In this document: positions 46,820 through 57,247 of the stretch, piece by piece
Position numbering within the stretch: the first letter of the stretch is position 1
Layout: each line of letters opens with the position of its first letter
Program-made: the position numbers and the translations under genes
Assembly (NCBI GenBank): GCA_963797095.1
Contig: CAWCNY010000003.1
Coordinates: 160,001-224,000, forward strand
Source: an uncultured Chloroflexia bacterium
GTDB lineage: Bacteria > Chloroflexota > Chloroflexia > QHBQ01 > JADMIH01
Direction of reading: 5' to 3'
Length of the DNA: 64,000 bases
Notes under the pieces: generated by a model
The model's database searches: none
Told to the model about the DNA's origin: nothing
The model's input: only the letters and a program-made list of their open reading frames with translations

Positions 46820-47446
46820 CTACCAGCTATAGCGGTACCGTTCTTCCTTCCAGGGATCGCCGCGCATGTGATAGCCCGCGTCCTCCCAGAAGCCCGGCTC
46901 GTCCTCGGCAAGAAACTCCATTCCCCGCACCCACTTGGCGCTCTTCCAGAAGTAGAGCTGAGGTACCACCAGGCGCATCGGCCAACCATGCTCGTCCGTG
47001 ATGTCTTCGCCGTTGTTCCGGTAAGCAAAGAGCACGTTCGGCGCAAGCAGGTCGTCTAAGGGCACGTTGGCGGTGAAGCCCTGCTCGGCGTGCACCAGCA
47101 CATACTTCGCTTCGGGCTTCGGCTTCACGCGCTCGTAAATCTCGCGGAAGGGTATCCCCTCGAAGGCGTTGTCGAACTTGCTCCAGCGCGTCACGCAGTG
47201 GATATCGACGGGCTGAGTGGTGGCATGGGGAAGGGCCATGAACTCCTCGTAAGTCCAGGTCATGGGGTTCTCGACCAGGCCGAACACGCGGAAGTTCCAC
47301 TTCTGCAAAGGCGTGTGCGGCACGCCACCATAGTGCAGAACAGGCCATTTCTCGGTGAGGGATTGACCGGGCGGGAGGCGCTTCGCCAATTCTTCTCTGC
47401 TGAATTTGCGCTCCGGCCTCACGCGATTGAGTATGTTATCCAGCAT
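46820..47446 (-). CDS. Sulfite oxidase-like molybdopterin oxidoreductase (YuiH-like)
   Basis: RLPPGQ..TEKWPVLHYG, DIHCVTRWS, EHGWPMRLVVPQLYFWKSAKW, GFWE..GYHMRGDPWKEERY. Confidence 0.93.
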   Translation of the reverse strand: MLDNILNRVRPERKFSREELAKRLPPGQSLTEKWPVLHYGGVPHTPLQKWNFRVFGLVENPMTWTYEEFMALPHATTQPVDIHCVTRWSKFDNAFEGIPFREIYERVKPKPEAKYVLVHAEQGFTANVPLDDLLAPNVLFAYRNNGEDITDEHGWPMRLVVPQLYFWKSAKWVRGMEFLAEDEPGFWEDAGYHMRGDPWKEERYRYSW

Positions 47447-47646
47447 TGTTTGTCCTTTCGAGAGGGTTTGCGATATGAGAAATATGAACTACTGCTCACT
47501 TCTTATTGCTTAGTTAACGATCCCTGATGTGCAACATGTTGAGATCTATAGGGAGCTATTTGATGAGGATATTATACGGCAAAGTTGTTACGTCTACATC
47601 CTCGAACCCACAAATAAGCAGTACGAAGTAAGCAATATGCAGTAGC

Positions 47647-48111
47647 TCACGTTTCCCGCCCACACACCAGGCCGAGGGCAATTCCGAAAGCTACATGGCG
47701 GGTAATCTGCCCGAAAAAGGTCTTGCGGTCGAGGAGGAGCGCGAGTTGGCCGCTTTTCATGCCAGCGTGAATGCGGTCCACGATAAGGCCCGCAGGGTAG
47801 AGAACAGTATTCTCAGCCATAAGAAAGAGAATGCCGCGCAACCAGCTGGGGCCGGGCAGGCGCTGCCTGGCGTAACGCACATAAACGAATGCCATCATTG
47901 TCGAGAAAGCGTAGTGCCCGGCCACCCCCTGGATCTGCCACAGGGGCGTGCGCGTGGTGAACATCTGGCCGACCAGCTTTATATCGTTGAACCGCCATGA
48001 GCTTAGCTTGTTATCCAGCCACATCGCCGCCAGAAAGGCGCTGCCCGCAGCAATCCCACCTTTGACTATCTCGGAATCTTGTCCATCAGTTTTTGATCTA
48101 AATATGCTCAC
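47647..48111 (-). CDS. Hypothetical membrane protein
   Basis: GTG start overlaps the upstream stop (GTGA). Hydrophobic segments; GHY and RHVAFG motifs. Confidence 0.6.
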   Translation of the reverse strand: MSIFRSKTDGQDSEIVKGGIAAGSAFLAAMWLDNKLSSWRFNDIKLVGQMFTTRTPLWQIQGVAGHYAFSTMMAFVYVRYARQRLPGPSWLRGILFLMAENTVLYPAGLIVDRIHAGMKSGQLALLLDRKTFFGQITRHVAFGIALGLVCGRET

Positions 48112-48989
48112 AATATGATGCCTCCTATCCATCCTACGGAAAGGACCAGCGCCCCGGTTTCCAGCAGCAACGAGCCTAGCTTGAGGTTGGGGTCGCGTCC
48201 TCTGTAGATAAGAGTGCCTGCAAGCATGAATAGTGCCCCCGCGATCGCGCCGGGCAGGTACCACTCGATCCGGTAGTTGAGGAAAGGCCATAGCGCCAGC
48301 GTCAGGAGCAGACCCACTGCGCCCGCGGCCAGCGCCAGCGCCACCGAGCGCGACATACCCAGCCTGTGGGCCAGCCCGCGCACGCCCGCCGTTGTATCAG
48401 ATGCAATATCGGGGATTGTGTCGGCAAGATGCACCACCAGCACCATTACCGCACCCACAGGCAGCACCCAGAATAGCCGAGGAGGGAAATCGCCTCCGTG
48501 GTGAGCGCCCGCCCAGGCCCATAGCGGCAAAGTGGGGAAGGCCATCGAGAAGGGCAGCCACGAAAAGGCGGTATACTTCAGTCCCACGTCATAGAGGAGG
48601 CCGCCGCCAATCCCCACAGCCGTCAGCACCAGCAGAGGCAGGCTGAAAAGCGCCGCCAGCAACAGCGACAGCAGGCCAAACCCCGCGCCAACTCCCCAGG
48701 CCACGCGAGCGGGAATCTGCCCCGAAGCAACGGGCTTTTCCGGGCGGCCCTGGTCGATATGGCGGTCGTAGTAATCGTTGAAAGCCGAGATCGAGAACTG
48801 GCGGCAGGCCTCGATAACGAGCAGGTAGAGGAGCGTGCCCGGCGGGGGCAATCCACGCGCCGCCAGCAGCACGAACGCGCCGACGGCCAGCACCGTCATC
48901 AGCGAAGGCAGGGGGTGGAGCAGCCGCCAGTAGGCCGCCACGCGAGCCTGCGGGGTGATCTCTACATCTATAGCGCCTTTACCGCCCAT
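48108..48989 (-). CDS. UbiA-family prenyltransferase
   Basis: NDYYDRHID...KPVASG, LYDVGLK, DTIPDIASD; multi-TM. Start uncertain. Confidence 0.85.
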   Translation of the reverse strand: MGGKGAIDVEITPQARVAAYWRLLHPLPSLMTVLAVGAFVLLAARGLPPPGTLLYLLVIEACRQFSISAFNDYYDRHIDQGRPEKPVASGQIPARVAWGVGAGFGLLSLLLAALFSLPLLVLTAVGIGGGLLYDVGLKYTAFSWLPFSMAFPTLPLWAWAGAHHGGDFPPRLFWVLPVGAVMVLVVHLADTIPDIASDTTAGVRGLAHRLGMSRSVALALAAGAVGLLLTLALWPFLNYRIEWYLPGAIAGALFMLAGTLIYRGRDPNLKLGSLLLETGALVLSVGWIGGIIL

Positions 48990-50418
48990 GATCGGTTGAA
49001 AGGTCAGCAACTGTCGCTGCTATAGCTCTAAGGGATATGTCGTCGGACTCGGTGATGCCTAGCTCGGCGGCGGCTTCGGCCAGGATCGCCAGCGGGTCGT
49101 CGGGCGGGCGTTCAATTCGCGGCGGCGTCTTCTCGGCAACCGTTATATGGGGTCGACCCGGCGGGTTGGCCTTACGAGGGGCTTCAGACACAAGTTGCAC
49201 ATCAGGCACAACCACCTCGGCCTGCTCGCCCTTGAGTGCCAGCATGAACTCGAAGTACCCACGTGCCGCGCCCTCCAATGTGTGGTGCTCGGCCACGTAG
49301 CGGCGAGCAGCGCGGGACATCGCCTCGCGGACGTCAGGACGTCGGGCCAGCAGCAGTAGATATTCGAGAAGCAACTCCTCCTCGATCTCACCAATATCGA
49401 TCTTGCCAGCCGCATCGTCCGGCAACTCCTCGAACGACCCCGTGCGCGACACCAGCACAGGCACGCCCGCGCCCATGATCCTGAGGAGTGAGGCGGAGGT
49501 CTCACCGGCTGTGGGCCAGCGCAGGTTGAGGCACACATCGGAGGCCGCCAGGTAATAAGGCAAATCGCCCGACGACACGTATCCCGTGGTCTTCACGCGG
49601 TGCGATAGCTCAAGCATCTCCACCTGCTGCGAGGGGTCGTAGTTGGTAGAGCGACTCCCTACCAGCAGATAGAGCGAGTTCGGCACCTCCATCAGCAATG
49701 CTTTGAAGGCGCGCAATGTGGCCGACACCCGCTTGTACGGGTTCAGGTGCCCCACCGACGTAACCAGAAAGAGGCCGGGGTCGAGGCCAAGGTAGGCGCG
49801 CGCTTCCTCTTTAGGGATCAGAGTAGGGAGCGGTACGCCCATCGGCACCACCCCAACAGGCACATCGGGCCGCACCTCGCGCACCAACCTCTCCATGTAA
49901 TGGCTATGCACGATCACTCCTCGCGCCGCCCCGATCGCCTCGTCGCTGAGCGGGTACTTGAACAGCGCCTCTGGGAACTGACCCAACAGCACGCGCCGGG
50001 CGGCCTCCCGCCCCTCCTCGCCGTAACTAACCTCCATCAGCGCCACATACTCACGACGCCTGCCGTCGTTCAGCGCCATCCAGATGCGCAGGTGGTGCAG
50101 GACGAATTCGTGCATGACCACCACGCCGGGGTGCTTGAGCAGCGCCTCGTAGATGTAGGCGTGCGCGGGCGAGTTGCCCATCTGGTAGATTACCGAGTGG
50201 TAGCGGGAGGCAAGGCGGTCGAACTCGCGGCCCTGGAGTATGTCAAAGTGAGCCGGTAGATCGGGGTTGGATGGCTTGTATCCCTTGTCGATGAACAGGT
50301 CAATATCCGGCGCGCTGCCGCCAATCCGCGCCTGCCACATGGCCGCAAGCAATTCCTCGCTGTAGTCGGAGATACCCGACTGGATCGGGTTCAGCGGCGA
50401 AAAGAAGGCGATCTTCAT
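48979..50418 (-). CDS. Glycosyltransferase family 4
   Basis: FSPLNPIQSGISDYS, YQMGNSPAH, LNLRWPTAGETSASL. Confidence 0.9.
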   Translation of the reverse strand: MKIAFFSPLNPIQSGISDYSEELLAAMWQARIGGSAPDIDLFIDKGYKPSNPDLPAHFDILQGREFDRLASRYHSVIYQMGNSPAHAYIYEALLKHPGVVVMHEFVLHHLRIWMALNDGRRREYVALMEVSYGEEGREAARRVLLGQFPEALFKYPLSDEAIGAARGVIVHSHYMERLVREVRPDVPVGVVPMGVPLPTLIPKEEARAYLGLDPGLFLVTSVGHLNPYKRVSATLRAFKALLMEVPNSLYLLVGSRSTNYDPSQQVEMLELSHRVKTTGYVSSGDLPYYLAASDVCLNLRWPTAGETSASLLRIMGAGVPVLVSRTGSFEELPDDAAGKIDIGEIEEELLLEYLLLLARRPDVREAMSRAARRYVAEHHTLEGAARGYFEFMLALKGEQAEVVVPDVQLVSEAPRKANPPGRPHITVAEKTPPRIERPPDDPLAILAEAAAELGITESDDISLRAIAATVADLSTDHGR

Positions 50419-50426
50419 ACGCGTGA

Positions 50427-50852
50427 CTATACCTCACCACCGCCGGTGTCGGGCACATCCGATGGGCTTGTGAGGATCAAAACCCAACCGAGGGCAAGCA
50501 CACCCAGCGATAGCAGGCTGAAGAAGGACCACGCCTGCGAGTTGCCAAACGAGGAAACAGAAACCACTATGAAAGCGTTCAAGCCGATCATCGCTCCCGC
50601 GATCAGGCCACGAGCCAACCGGTCGCGCCACCGGACGAGCGGCTCGCTCCATAGCAGTTGCATCCCCTTCGGCTGGTCGCTCCTGTCTCTGTTGAGCAGT
50701 ATAACGCCCCCGGCATACATCGCCCCTGCCAACAGGAAAAGCACGAAGTCCTGCCAGCTTGACGCCTGCGCGAATAGGCGCACCAACGGGATGATCAGCA
50801 GAAAAATCGCGTTATAGGTCAGCGCGTACCCAATCTTGCCCGATCTCGACAT
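50427..50852 (-). CDS. Hypothetical 4-TM membrane protein
   Basis: ATG 50852 after AGGAAGG; four hydrophobic segments; sits inside the operon. Confidence 0.6.
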   Translation of the reverse strand: MSRSGKIGYALTYNAIFLLIIPLVRLFAQASSWQDFVLFLLAGAMYAGGVILLNRDRSDQPKGMQLLWSEPLVRWRDRLARGLIAGAMIGLNAFIVVSVSSFGNSQAWSFFSLLSLGVLALGWVLILTSPSDVPDTGGGEV

Positions 50853-50878
50853 AACCGTACCTTCCTGCACGTGGAACC

Positions 50879-51916
50879 CTACTGCGCCGCGCCCAACAAC
50901 GAGTTTACCACAAGATCCCATGTAAGGTTCGCTACCTTCGATCTGCCCGCGTTGCCCAAACGCTCGGCCTCCTTTGGGTCCTGCATCAGGCGCACGATAG
51001 ATCGGGCGATGGCCTGAGGCTCGGGTGGGGTGACCAATCCGCTAACACCCTCCTCAATGAATTCGAGCACACCGCCCGCATCAGCGGTGGTGATCACGGG
51101 CCTTGCAGCTGCCAGCGCCTCCACAGTGCCATACCCATAGTCCTCATCTATCGGCGCGTAATAGACGGCACGTGCATTTGCATACAGCCGAGATGCCTCT
51201 TCGTCGGGCGCGAAGCCGGTGAACTGCACTCGCTCCATGATGCCTAAATCACGCGCGTTACGCTTCAAACCATCCGCTTCTGGGCCTGTCCCCGCTATTA
51301 TTGCGCGCGCTTCTGGCGCATGGGCCAATGCGCCAAGCAGCAAATCTATGCGTTTAGCAGCATCCAGTCTGTTTAGCGACAAAATATAGTCGCCATACGG
51401 CCCCGGCTTGAGATCCAACCCGGAACGAACAGGCGGGTAGAGAGGCACACCGTCCAGGCCATTGAAACGCTTGAGGCGTGCAGCCACGTTGCGCGATATA
51501 GTAAAGATGCGCTTGCTCTCGGCCAGCGCTTTGGTGTCCATCTCGAACATGGTGCGGCGCACCCGCACATCCTCCTGCGACCCCGTGAAGTCCGACATGC
51601 GCGTGCCGAACCAGTCATAAATCTGGCGGAACTGGTGCACCAGCCACACCACCTTATTAGGGTGCTTCACCACATACGACGGCCACTTGGTGCAGATCGC
51701 CAGGTCAACCTTCTTGCCGTCGCTCTCCGTTATGTCAACCAACCGCCACGCCAGCGCGCTGGATATTATCTGAGCGCGGGGATACCACTTGTAGGGAAGG
51801 GCAATAATATCTACCTGGTGCCCCCGCTCCACAAGCGCATCGCGCAGCCCGTCCACCAGCACCTCGTTCCCTCCACGTATAAAAGGTACCTGGGCTGTGC
51901 AGATGGCGATACGCAA
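50879..51916 (-). CDS. Glycosyltransferase family 4
   Basis: QVPFIRGGNE, HPNKVVWLVHQFR, EDYGYGTVEA. Confidence 0.92.
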   Translation of the reverse strand: MRIAICTAQVPFIRGGNEVLVDGLRDALVERGHQVDIIALPYKWYPRAQIISSALAWRLVDITESDGKKVDLAICTKWPSYVVKHPNKVVWLVHQFRQIYDWFGTRMSDFTGSQEDVRVRRTMFEMDTKALAESKRIFTISRNVAARLKRFNGLDGVPLYPPVRSGLDLKPGPYGDYILSLNRLDAAKRIDLLLGALAHAPEARAIIAGTGPEADGLKRNARDLGIMERVQFTGFAPDEEASRLYANARAVYYAPIDEDYGYGTVEALAAARPVITTADAGGVLEFIEEGVSGLVTPPEPQAIARSIVRLMQDPKEAERLGNAGRSKVANLTWDLVVNSLLGAAQ

Positions 51917-51934
51917 ATTGTGCTCTCCTTAATG

Positions 51935-52025
51935 GACGAGTGACGAGTGACGAGTGACGAGTGAAGGCACAGTAAGCAATACGCAATACGAGGTACGCAA
52001 TATTCACTTGTCACCCGTCACTCGC
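51935..52025. repeat. Heptamer repeat cluster (GACGAGT)x4, degenerate (CAATACG)n and complementary GTCACTC units
   Basis: Read directly; spans the junction between two minus-strand genes. Confidence 0.8.
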
Positions 52026-52438
52026 CCCTCAATCTCCGCCTCCAACTCGCTTACCCGATCTTCCAGCGATTGCCATTCGCGAGTCAGGCGTTCGTGATAG
52101 GCTGCCATTTCTACCAGGGTGCGGGCCACCGCCGAATTATAGCGGTTCTGCTGCTCGACTATCGGGTTGATGTACCATCGCAGGAGCACGCGCACTGCAC
52201 GCTTTGTGTACGCACCAAGCCTGCCTACCAGGCGGGTTTCCCACGTTATCGGCAGGTGGGCCGACACGAACCAGCTATCGTTGACCGCCTCTACGCTCCG
52301 CTTCAATTCGGCCAGGTTGAGCGCGTGCGGATCGTCGGGATCGTCAACGGTGAACCGTGCGCGGCGCTCGCGTATCTGCTCGCGCAGTTCATCGAGGATG
52401 GCCGCCACGTCAGGCTCTTGCTGCGGCTTATCAGACAT
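52004..52438 (-). CDS. Small coiled-coil protein of the glycan cluster
   Basis: DVAAILDELREQIRERR, VSAHLPITW, WYINPIVEQQNRYN, C-terminal heptads. Confidence 0.8.
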   Translation of the reverse strand: MSDKPQQEPDVAAILDELREQIRERRARFTVDDPDDPHALNLAELKRSVEAVNDSWFVSAHLPITWETRLVGRLGAYTKRAVRVLLRWYINPIVEQQNRYNSAVARTLVEMAAYHERLTREWQSLEDRVSELEAEIEGRVTGDK

Positions 52439-52450
52439 TTACTTCACCCA

Positions 52451-53738
52451 TCAAGCGTTCCGTCTCGCATGCCTCATCTCGCTCTCCAGACCCTCGATTC
52501 GAGCGCGCAGGTCTTCCAACTCAGTAGAGATATCGTCCCCCGGCATACTCACACGCGAGAAGAGTGCGGAATTGAGCGTGGACTGGACCGCCACGCGAGC
52601 CTGTAGCTCGGCCAATTGGTTGGCAAGCTCGCGCACAGTACGCGCTAGCTCCGCGTTATAGTCGATCTGCTTCTCGAAGGCAGGCCACAGGTAAAGCCTG
52701 TTCAACAGGTTTCCTATACGACCACGCATCCCAGCAGGCTTGCGGGTGCGCCCATGCGCCTGCTCGTACACCTGCCAATTCGACATCACCCCCGACATGT
52801 GCGCTTGCATCTCTGCCCACTTCTCGCCCATCAACTCAGGCGATTTGCTATCCGTCTCGGTCTGCTCGGTATTCACAGTGGCTGGTCCATCGAACAGCGC
52901 GAGGGAGGCTTTGCGGTCCTCCTGCTCCATATCGCCCGTTACCCTGGCGGCCTCGGCGGGCAGGAAGTCCATCATCAACTGCTCAGGCGAGTAGTGCTTC
53001 ACCACGAAACGAAGGCGGTTTGCATGGTAGAAGTTGTAGTAAAGCGCGCCTTTTCGGTCCAGGGTAACGGTCTCCTCATGGTAGGCAAGCGCATCGGGCT
53101 GGTAGATGGCGCTCAGGCCCTCTTTCTCGGCCCGCCAGCAGAGGTCCACGTCCTCGTAATAGAGCGGAAAGAAATCGTCATCGAAGAAGCCAAGCGAGCG
53201 CCCCACGTCGCGGCGCATAGCCATGGCCGCGCCCGTCACGAACGACACCTTCTTGGTGAGGTTGTACTGGCCCCGGTCGCGCTCGCCCCGCCCGATGTGG
53301 TTGGTGGTGGCGAGCGGGTAATTGACGACCCCGCCCGCGTGCTGGATGGTCTTGCCGTCGGGATAAAGCACGCGGCTGCCCGCGATGCCGACCCCCGGAT
53401 CGGCAAGGGTGGCGACCACAGCCCGCATCGCATCCCTTGTCGAGGCGCACATCAGGGTTGACCGTACACACGATCTCGCCCTCGGCCATGAACAGGCCCA
53501 CACTCGCCCCGCCAGCGAAGCCCTTGTTGTCGGGCAGGTCAAGCGCCTCCACGCCGGGGAAGCGTTCGCGGATCAATTCCACGCTGCCATCGCTGGAGGC
53601 GTTGTCTACCACTATGATCTCCACCTGCGGATAGTCAAGGGCCTGCAACGATTCAATGCAGCTCAAGATGTGAGCCGCGGTATTGTAGCTCACTATCACC
53701 ACAGAGGCAGAAGGCAAACGGTGTCCATCCATAGTCAC
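52451..53738 (-). CDS. Glycosyltransferase family 2 with C-terminal coiled coil, +1 frameshift near 53435
   Basis: SVVIVSYN, VVDNASSDGS, NKGFAGG, NPDV, then in the next frame IQHAGG, VTGAAM, YYEDVDLCWR. The shift lies in a GGG run. Confidence 0.88.
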
Positions 53739-53858
53739 GCGACATTATACAATGCAGCGCGCGCAAAGACGAAGGCCGGGAGGGGGCAGGTGTCAAATAG
53801 CGAGATTTAGAGTATGCTGGTATCCTGAACCAGATCCTTGCTGGATGAGGGAAATCCG

Positions 53859-54170
53859 ATGGAAGTTCAATGCACACATGTGACACCGGTTTATGTGCGC
53901 GATGTAGAGCCAAGCGCTCTTGGCTGTGAGGATTGCTTGAAAATCGGTAGCTGGTGGGTACACCTGCGCATCTGCAAAGAGTGCGGGCACGTAGGCTGCT
54001 GCGACAACTCGCCCAACCGCCATGCCACCAAACATTACCACACCACGAAACATCCCATCATACGCTCCTTCGAGCCGGACGAAGAGTGGGGCTACTGCTA
54101 CCAGGATGACGCTTACTTCGAGTCGATGGGCCAGCCTGAGAACAAGGCAGGGGTGCACTATGGCGACTAG
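53859..54170 (+). CDS. UBP-type zinc finger protein
   Basis: CTH, GCEDCLKIGSWWVHLRICKECGHVGCCDNSPNRHATKH, EPDEEWGYCY. Confidence 0.92.
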   Translation: MEVQCTHVTPVYVRDVEPSALGCEDCLKIGSWWVHLRICKECGHVGCCDNSPNRHATKHYHTTKHPIIRSFEPDEEWGYCYQDDAYFESMGQPENKAGVHYGD

Positions 54171-54221
54171 ACCCTGACCGAGAAAACCCACAAAACAGGC
54201 GCGCCTTGGAGGCAGCTAACG

Positions 54222-54441
54222 ATGCCAACACAAAGGAACATTATGCGAGACTTAGTTGCGCGCTATGGCTTGAACGAAGAAGGGGTCATCCAGGAGTACG
54301 CCGCCGCTGAAAGACGTGCCGAAGTAAGGCGCAAGAGTAATTAAGTACAACGTATCACCGGAGGCTTACGCGCGCGCTCTTTGGCAAGATGGCGTTCGCA
54401 AGGGTTGGTTCGATGGTGATCATGTTCAAATAGCACGCTGA
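54222..54441 (+). CDS. Small hypothetical protein, apparently frameshifted at ~54341 (not in ORF track)
   Basis: RBS GGAGG, then MPTQRNIMRDLVARYG...AAAERRAEVRRKSN. Removing one T gives KYNVSPEAYARALWQDGVRKGWF... Confidence 0.55.
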
Positions 54442-55700
54442 ACGCATCGCCTATATATCTCGATAATCCGCCCGATCTTGTGGTCCCACGTGTGCTCCGC
54501 TAACACCTTGCGACGGCCAGCCTCGCCCAGCATGTGGGCGGCTTCGGGCCTACGCAATAGAAGCTCTATGCGATTGGCGAGCGCCGCCACATCTCCAAAC
54601 TCCACCAGGTAGCCGTCTACCCCATCTGTGATCACTTCGGGCACGCCCCCAGCGTTCGCCCCGATCACAGGCACGCCGTTCAGCCATGCCTCCAGGTACA
54701 CGATCCCGAACGAATCGGTACGCGACGGCATACAGAAGATATTCCCCGCCGCTTGCAGGTCCTTCTTGTCGGCGTCCGAGATAAAGCCAAGCCACCTGCA
54801 CTTCCGACGCACTTCATCCGGCAGAGCCTCGTAATACGCCCTGAACTTATCAAGCATCGTAGATCCCGCCATGATGAAGGTGGCATCCACGCCCCGCGCC
54901 CACACCTTTTGCATGGCCTCAATGGTGTGGGCCGTGCCTTTGTCGTGTGCCGCCGCCCCTATGTAGTACACAATCGGGCCCTCCACCCCGTACTTCTCCC
55001 TGAACCGCCCGCCATTGCCGCCCACCACCTCCCACGGATTGACCCCCACACCCACGCGCTCCATCTTCTTTGGCGACACTCCCAGTTCGGCCAGGTAGTC
55101 GCGCTCAAGGCGGGTCTGCACGATCACACGGGTAGCCCTCTTTTCGAGGTCGATCTGGTGGGGCATCGTATAATAGCGGCTGATCGAGTCGTCGCCCGGC
55201 TCGCCCAGGTGCGTGAACGGAGTGATCATGTGCGGTATCCCCGCCCTCTCCGCGTAGTCGGCGGCATCAGCGATCATCAACTCAAAGGGAATATTGGTGG
55301 TATGCACAAGGTCGAACGCGCCCGGCGGCAGGGCACGCAAAGCGCGTCGCAGGGAAGGTATCCAGGGCGTGAGCCGCGACATCCTGTACAAAAGCCTCAC
55401 GCTGTTCGGCCCCAACTCCGCAAGTTCCGCCATCGCCCTGCGCCACCCCCTGTAATATATAGAGGGAAACGGCCAATGCTTCACTCGAAACCGGCGGATC
55501 GCCACCCCGTTGTGCATCTCCCGCTCGGTTGGTATTCGCTTCGCCTGGCCCGACCAGAAGTAATCGAGGTCCCAGGCGTCGGTGGTCCACACCTCCACCC
55601 GGTGCCCATCGCGGGCCAGGCGCTCGGAAAGCTCCTGAAAATATAGCTCGGAGCCGCCGATGTAGGGGTAATATCGTTGGATGATGTGGAGGATGCGCAT
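54426..55700 (-). CDS. Glycosyltransferase family 4
   Basis: MRILHIIQRYYPYIGGSE, PSRTDSFGIVYLEAW, GGVPEVI.DGVDGYLV. Confidence 0.92.
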   Translation of the reverse strand: MRILHIIQRYYPYIGGSELYFQELSERLARDGHRVEVWTTDAWDLDYFWSGQAKRIPTEREMHNGVAIRRFRVKHWPFPSIYYRGWRRAMAELAELGPNSVRLLYRMSRLTPWIPSLRRALRALPPGAFDLVHTTNIPFELMIADAADYAERAGIPHMITPFTHLGEPGDDSISRYYTMPHQIDLEKRATRVIVQTRLERDYLAELGVSPKKMERVGVGVNPWEVVGGNGGRFREKYGVEGPIVYYIGAAAHDKGTAHTIEAMQKVWARGVDATFIMAGSTMLDKFRAYYEALPDEVRRKCRWLGFISDADKKDLQAAGNIFCMPSRTDSFGIVYLEAWLNGVPVIGANAGGVPEVITDGVDGYLVEFGDVAALANRIELLLRRPEAAHMLGEAGRRKVLAEHTWDHKIGRIIEIYRRCVQRAI

Positions 55701-55844
55701 GACGCGTGGCAGAGGAACCCACGATAGTTCCCCCGGGCACGAACAGTACCAATTATGCCAGATAGGAGCCTGGAACGTCCACGTGCTACAATGTGCCCCG
55801 GAACAGATCGATTCATAAGCACGCTGAATCGCAGGAGGCAACCG

Positions 55845-56384
55845 ATGATCAAAGCGCTCGGATGGCGATTAGCTCACGCACGCGTCGCGGGTCCGCTAAT
55901 AATAACGGCGATCTTCCTCTTTTGCTCGACTTTCGGCCTGGCCATAGGCACTCTGCTCAAAACCGAACACACCCGGTTCACAGAGCTACCCGTCTACCCC
56001 AATACCCAGTCCCTGACCGCTCTTTCGCCAGGGCGCATTGGCTCGCTGAGCACGCCCACTGCCACGCCCATCACGCCGCCTGTAACGCTGACCAACTTCA
56101 CGTTCGCCACCTCAGACACACACGAGCAGGTACTCGCTTTCTACAAACAGGCGATGGAGCACGATTTCGGCATGCAGCTGCAAGGTGGCGACGCCACCAC
56201 AAACGTATCAGATGGGGTGGCGATCATGCGCTACTTGCGGGCCGCCCTCTACCGGAACTGGACCGTGAGCAACGACATAGTGCCGAGTTTGTGGGTGCTT
56301 GAAAGAGTGACTATCACTGTGGACTGGCAGACGCCGGGCGTAACGCGCGCCACTGTCAGCCTGGATGTGCAGCCACTCCCCTAG
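55845..56384 (+). CDS. Hypothetical exported/membrane-anchored protein
   Basis: RBS AGGAGG, N-terminal TM, LPVYPN, EQVLAFYK. Confidence 0.65.
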   Translation: MIKALGWRLAHARVAGPLIITAIFLFCSTFGLAIGTLLKTEHTRFTELPVYPNTQSLTALSPGRIGSLSTPTATPITPPVTLTNFTFATSDTHEQVLAFYKQAMEHDFGMQLQGGDATTNVSDGVAIMRYLRAALYRNWTVSNDIVPSLWVLERVTITVDWQTPGVTRATVSLDVQPLP

Positions 56385-56394
56385 CCAACCACAA

Positions 56395-56772
56395 TCAGCC
56401 GATCAGGCGCGCCACCACAACCCCCAGGTAGGCGGCCACCAGCGATCCGGCCACGCTGATCAATATATTCCAGAGGGCGGGCAGCAGATCTCCCCCTTCG
56501 AGCAACACGATATTGTCGTAGCTGAAGGTGGAGAAAGTCGTGTAGGCCCCCAGGAAGCCGACTCCCAACAGGAGGCGATAGCCTGGATCGGCCACGATCC
56601 GGTTGCTGATCAGCACAATCACGAATCCAAGCAAAAAGCTGCCCGTGATATTGATCAGGAGGGTGCCGAAAGGGAACGCGGCACCGAAACGTCCTGCTAT
56701 ATAGTTGGTAAGCCAGTAGCGCACGTTTGCACCCAGCGCGGCACCACCGCCGATCAGGAGGAACTCACGCAT
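56395..56772 (-). CDS. crcB: Fluoride efflux channel CrcB/FluC
   Basis: GAALGANVRY, FPFGTLLINITGSF, GFLGAYTTFSTF. Confidence 0.96.
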   Translation of the reverse strand: MREFLLIGGGAALGANVRYWLTNYIAGRFGAAFPFGTLLINITGSFLLGFVIVLISNRIVADPGYRLLLGVGFLGAYTTFSTFSYDNIVLLEGGDLLPALWNILISVAGSLVAAYLGVVVARLIG

Positions 56773-57181
56773 TGCCCGCACCTCCTGTCTGCTTGTGCGG
56801 GTGAAGGTAAGAATGACCTTCAAGGTCTTGCACCGTGATCAAACCGCCGTTGGGGCGGACAAGCTCTTCCAGTTGCGGAAGGAAAGCACCCACGCGCTCT
56901 TGTGTATCGACAATCAGAATTACCAGCGGTAGGCGTTGCTGGAGGTCGGCGAAGCCCGCCCTGTGTATAGACCGGCTGGAAGCGCTGTAGCCCGCCACGC
57001 CTTTCACGACGGTAGCGCCCGCGCCGCCCTCGCGCACCATTTCCAGTATTTTCAGGTATAACGGACGATGGCCCCAGTGGTCCGTCTCCTGAATATAGAC
57101 CGTAAGTTGTTGCATCTTCGTAAATCCTTCATGGCTAGGGTCGCCGGGAGGGCTGCCACCTGTCATATTGTTGTCTGACAT
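56765..57181 (-). CDS. DUF190 (PII-like) protein
   Basis: LTVYIQETDHWGHRPLY, AGATVVKGVAGY, LPLVILIVD; overlaps crcB. Confidence 0.9.
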   Translation of the reverse strand: MSDNNMTGGSPPGDPSHEGFTKMQQLTVYIQETDHWGHRPLYLKILEMVREGGAGATVVKGVAGYSASSRSIHRAGFADLQQRLPLVILIVDTQERVGAFLPQLEELVRPNGGLITVQDLEGHSYLHPHKQTGGAGNA

Positions 57182-57247
57182 CGCTTTGCTCCGGAAGCTA
57201 GATGCGCTACTTACGAAAATAGCCTCTACGAGCATCACCTTGGATGT

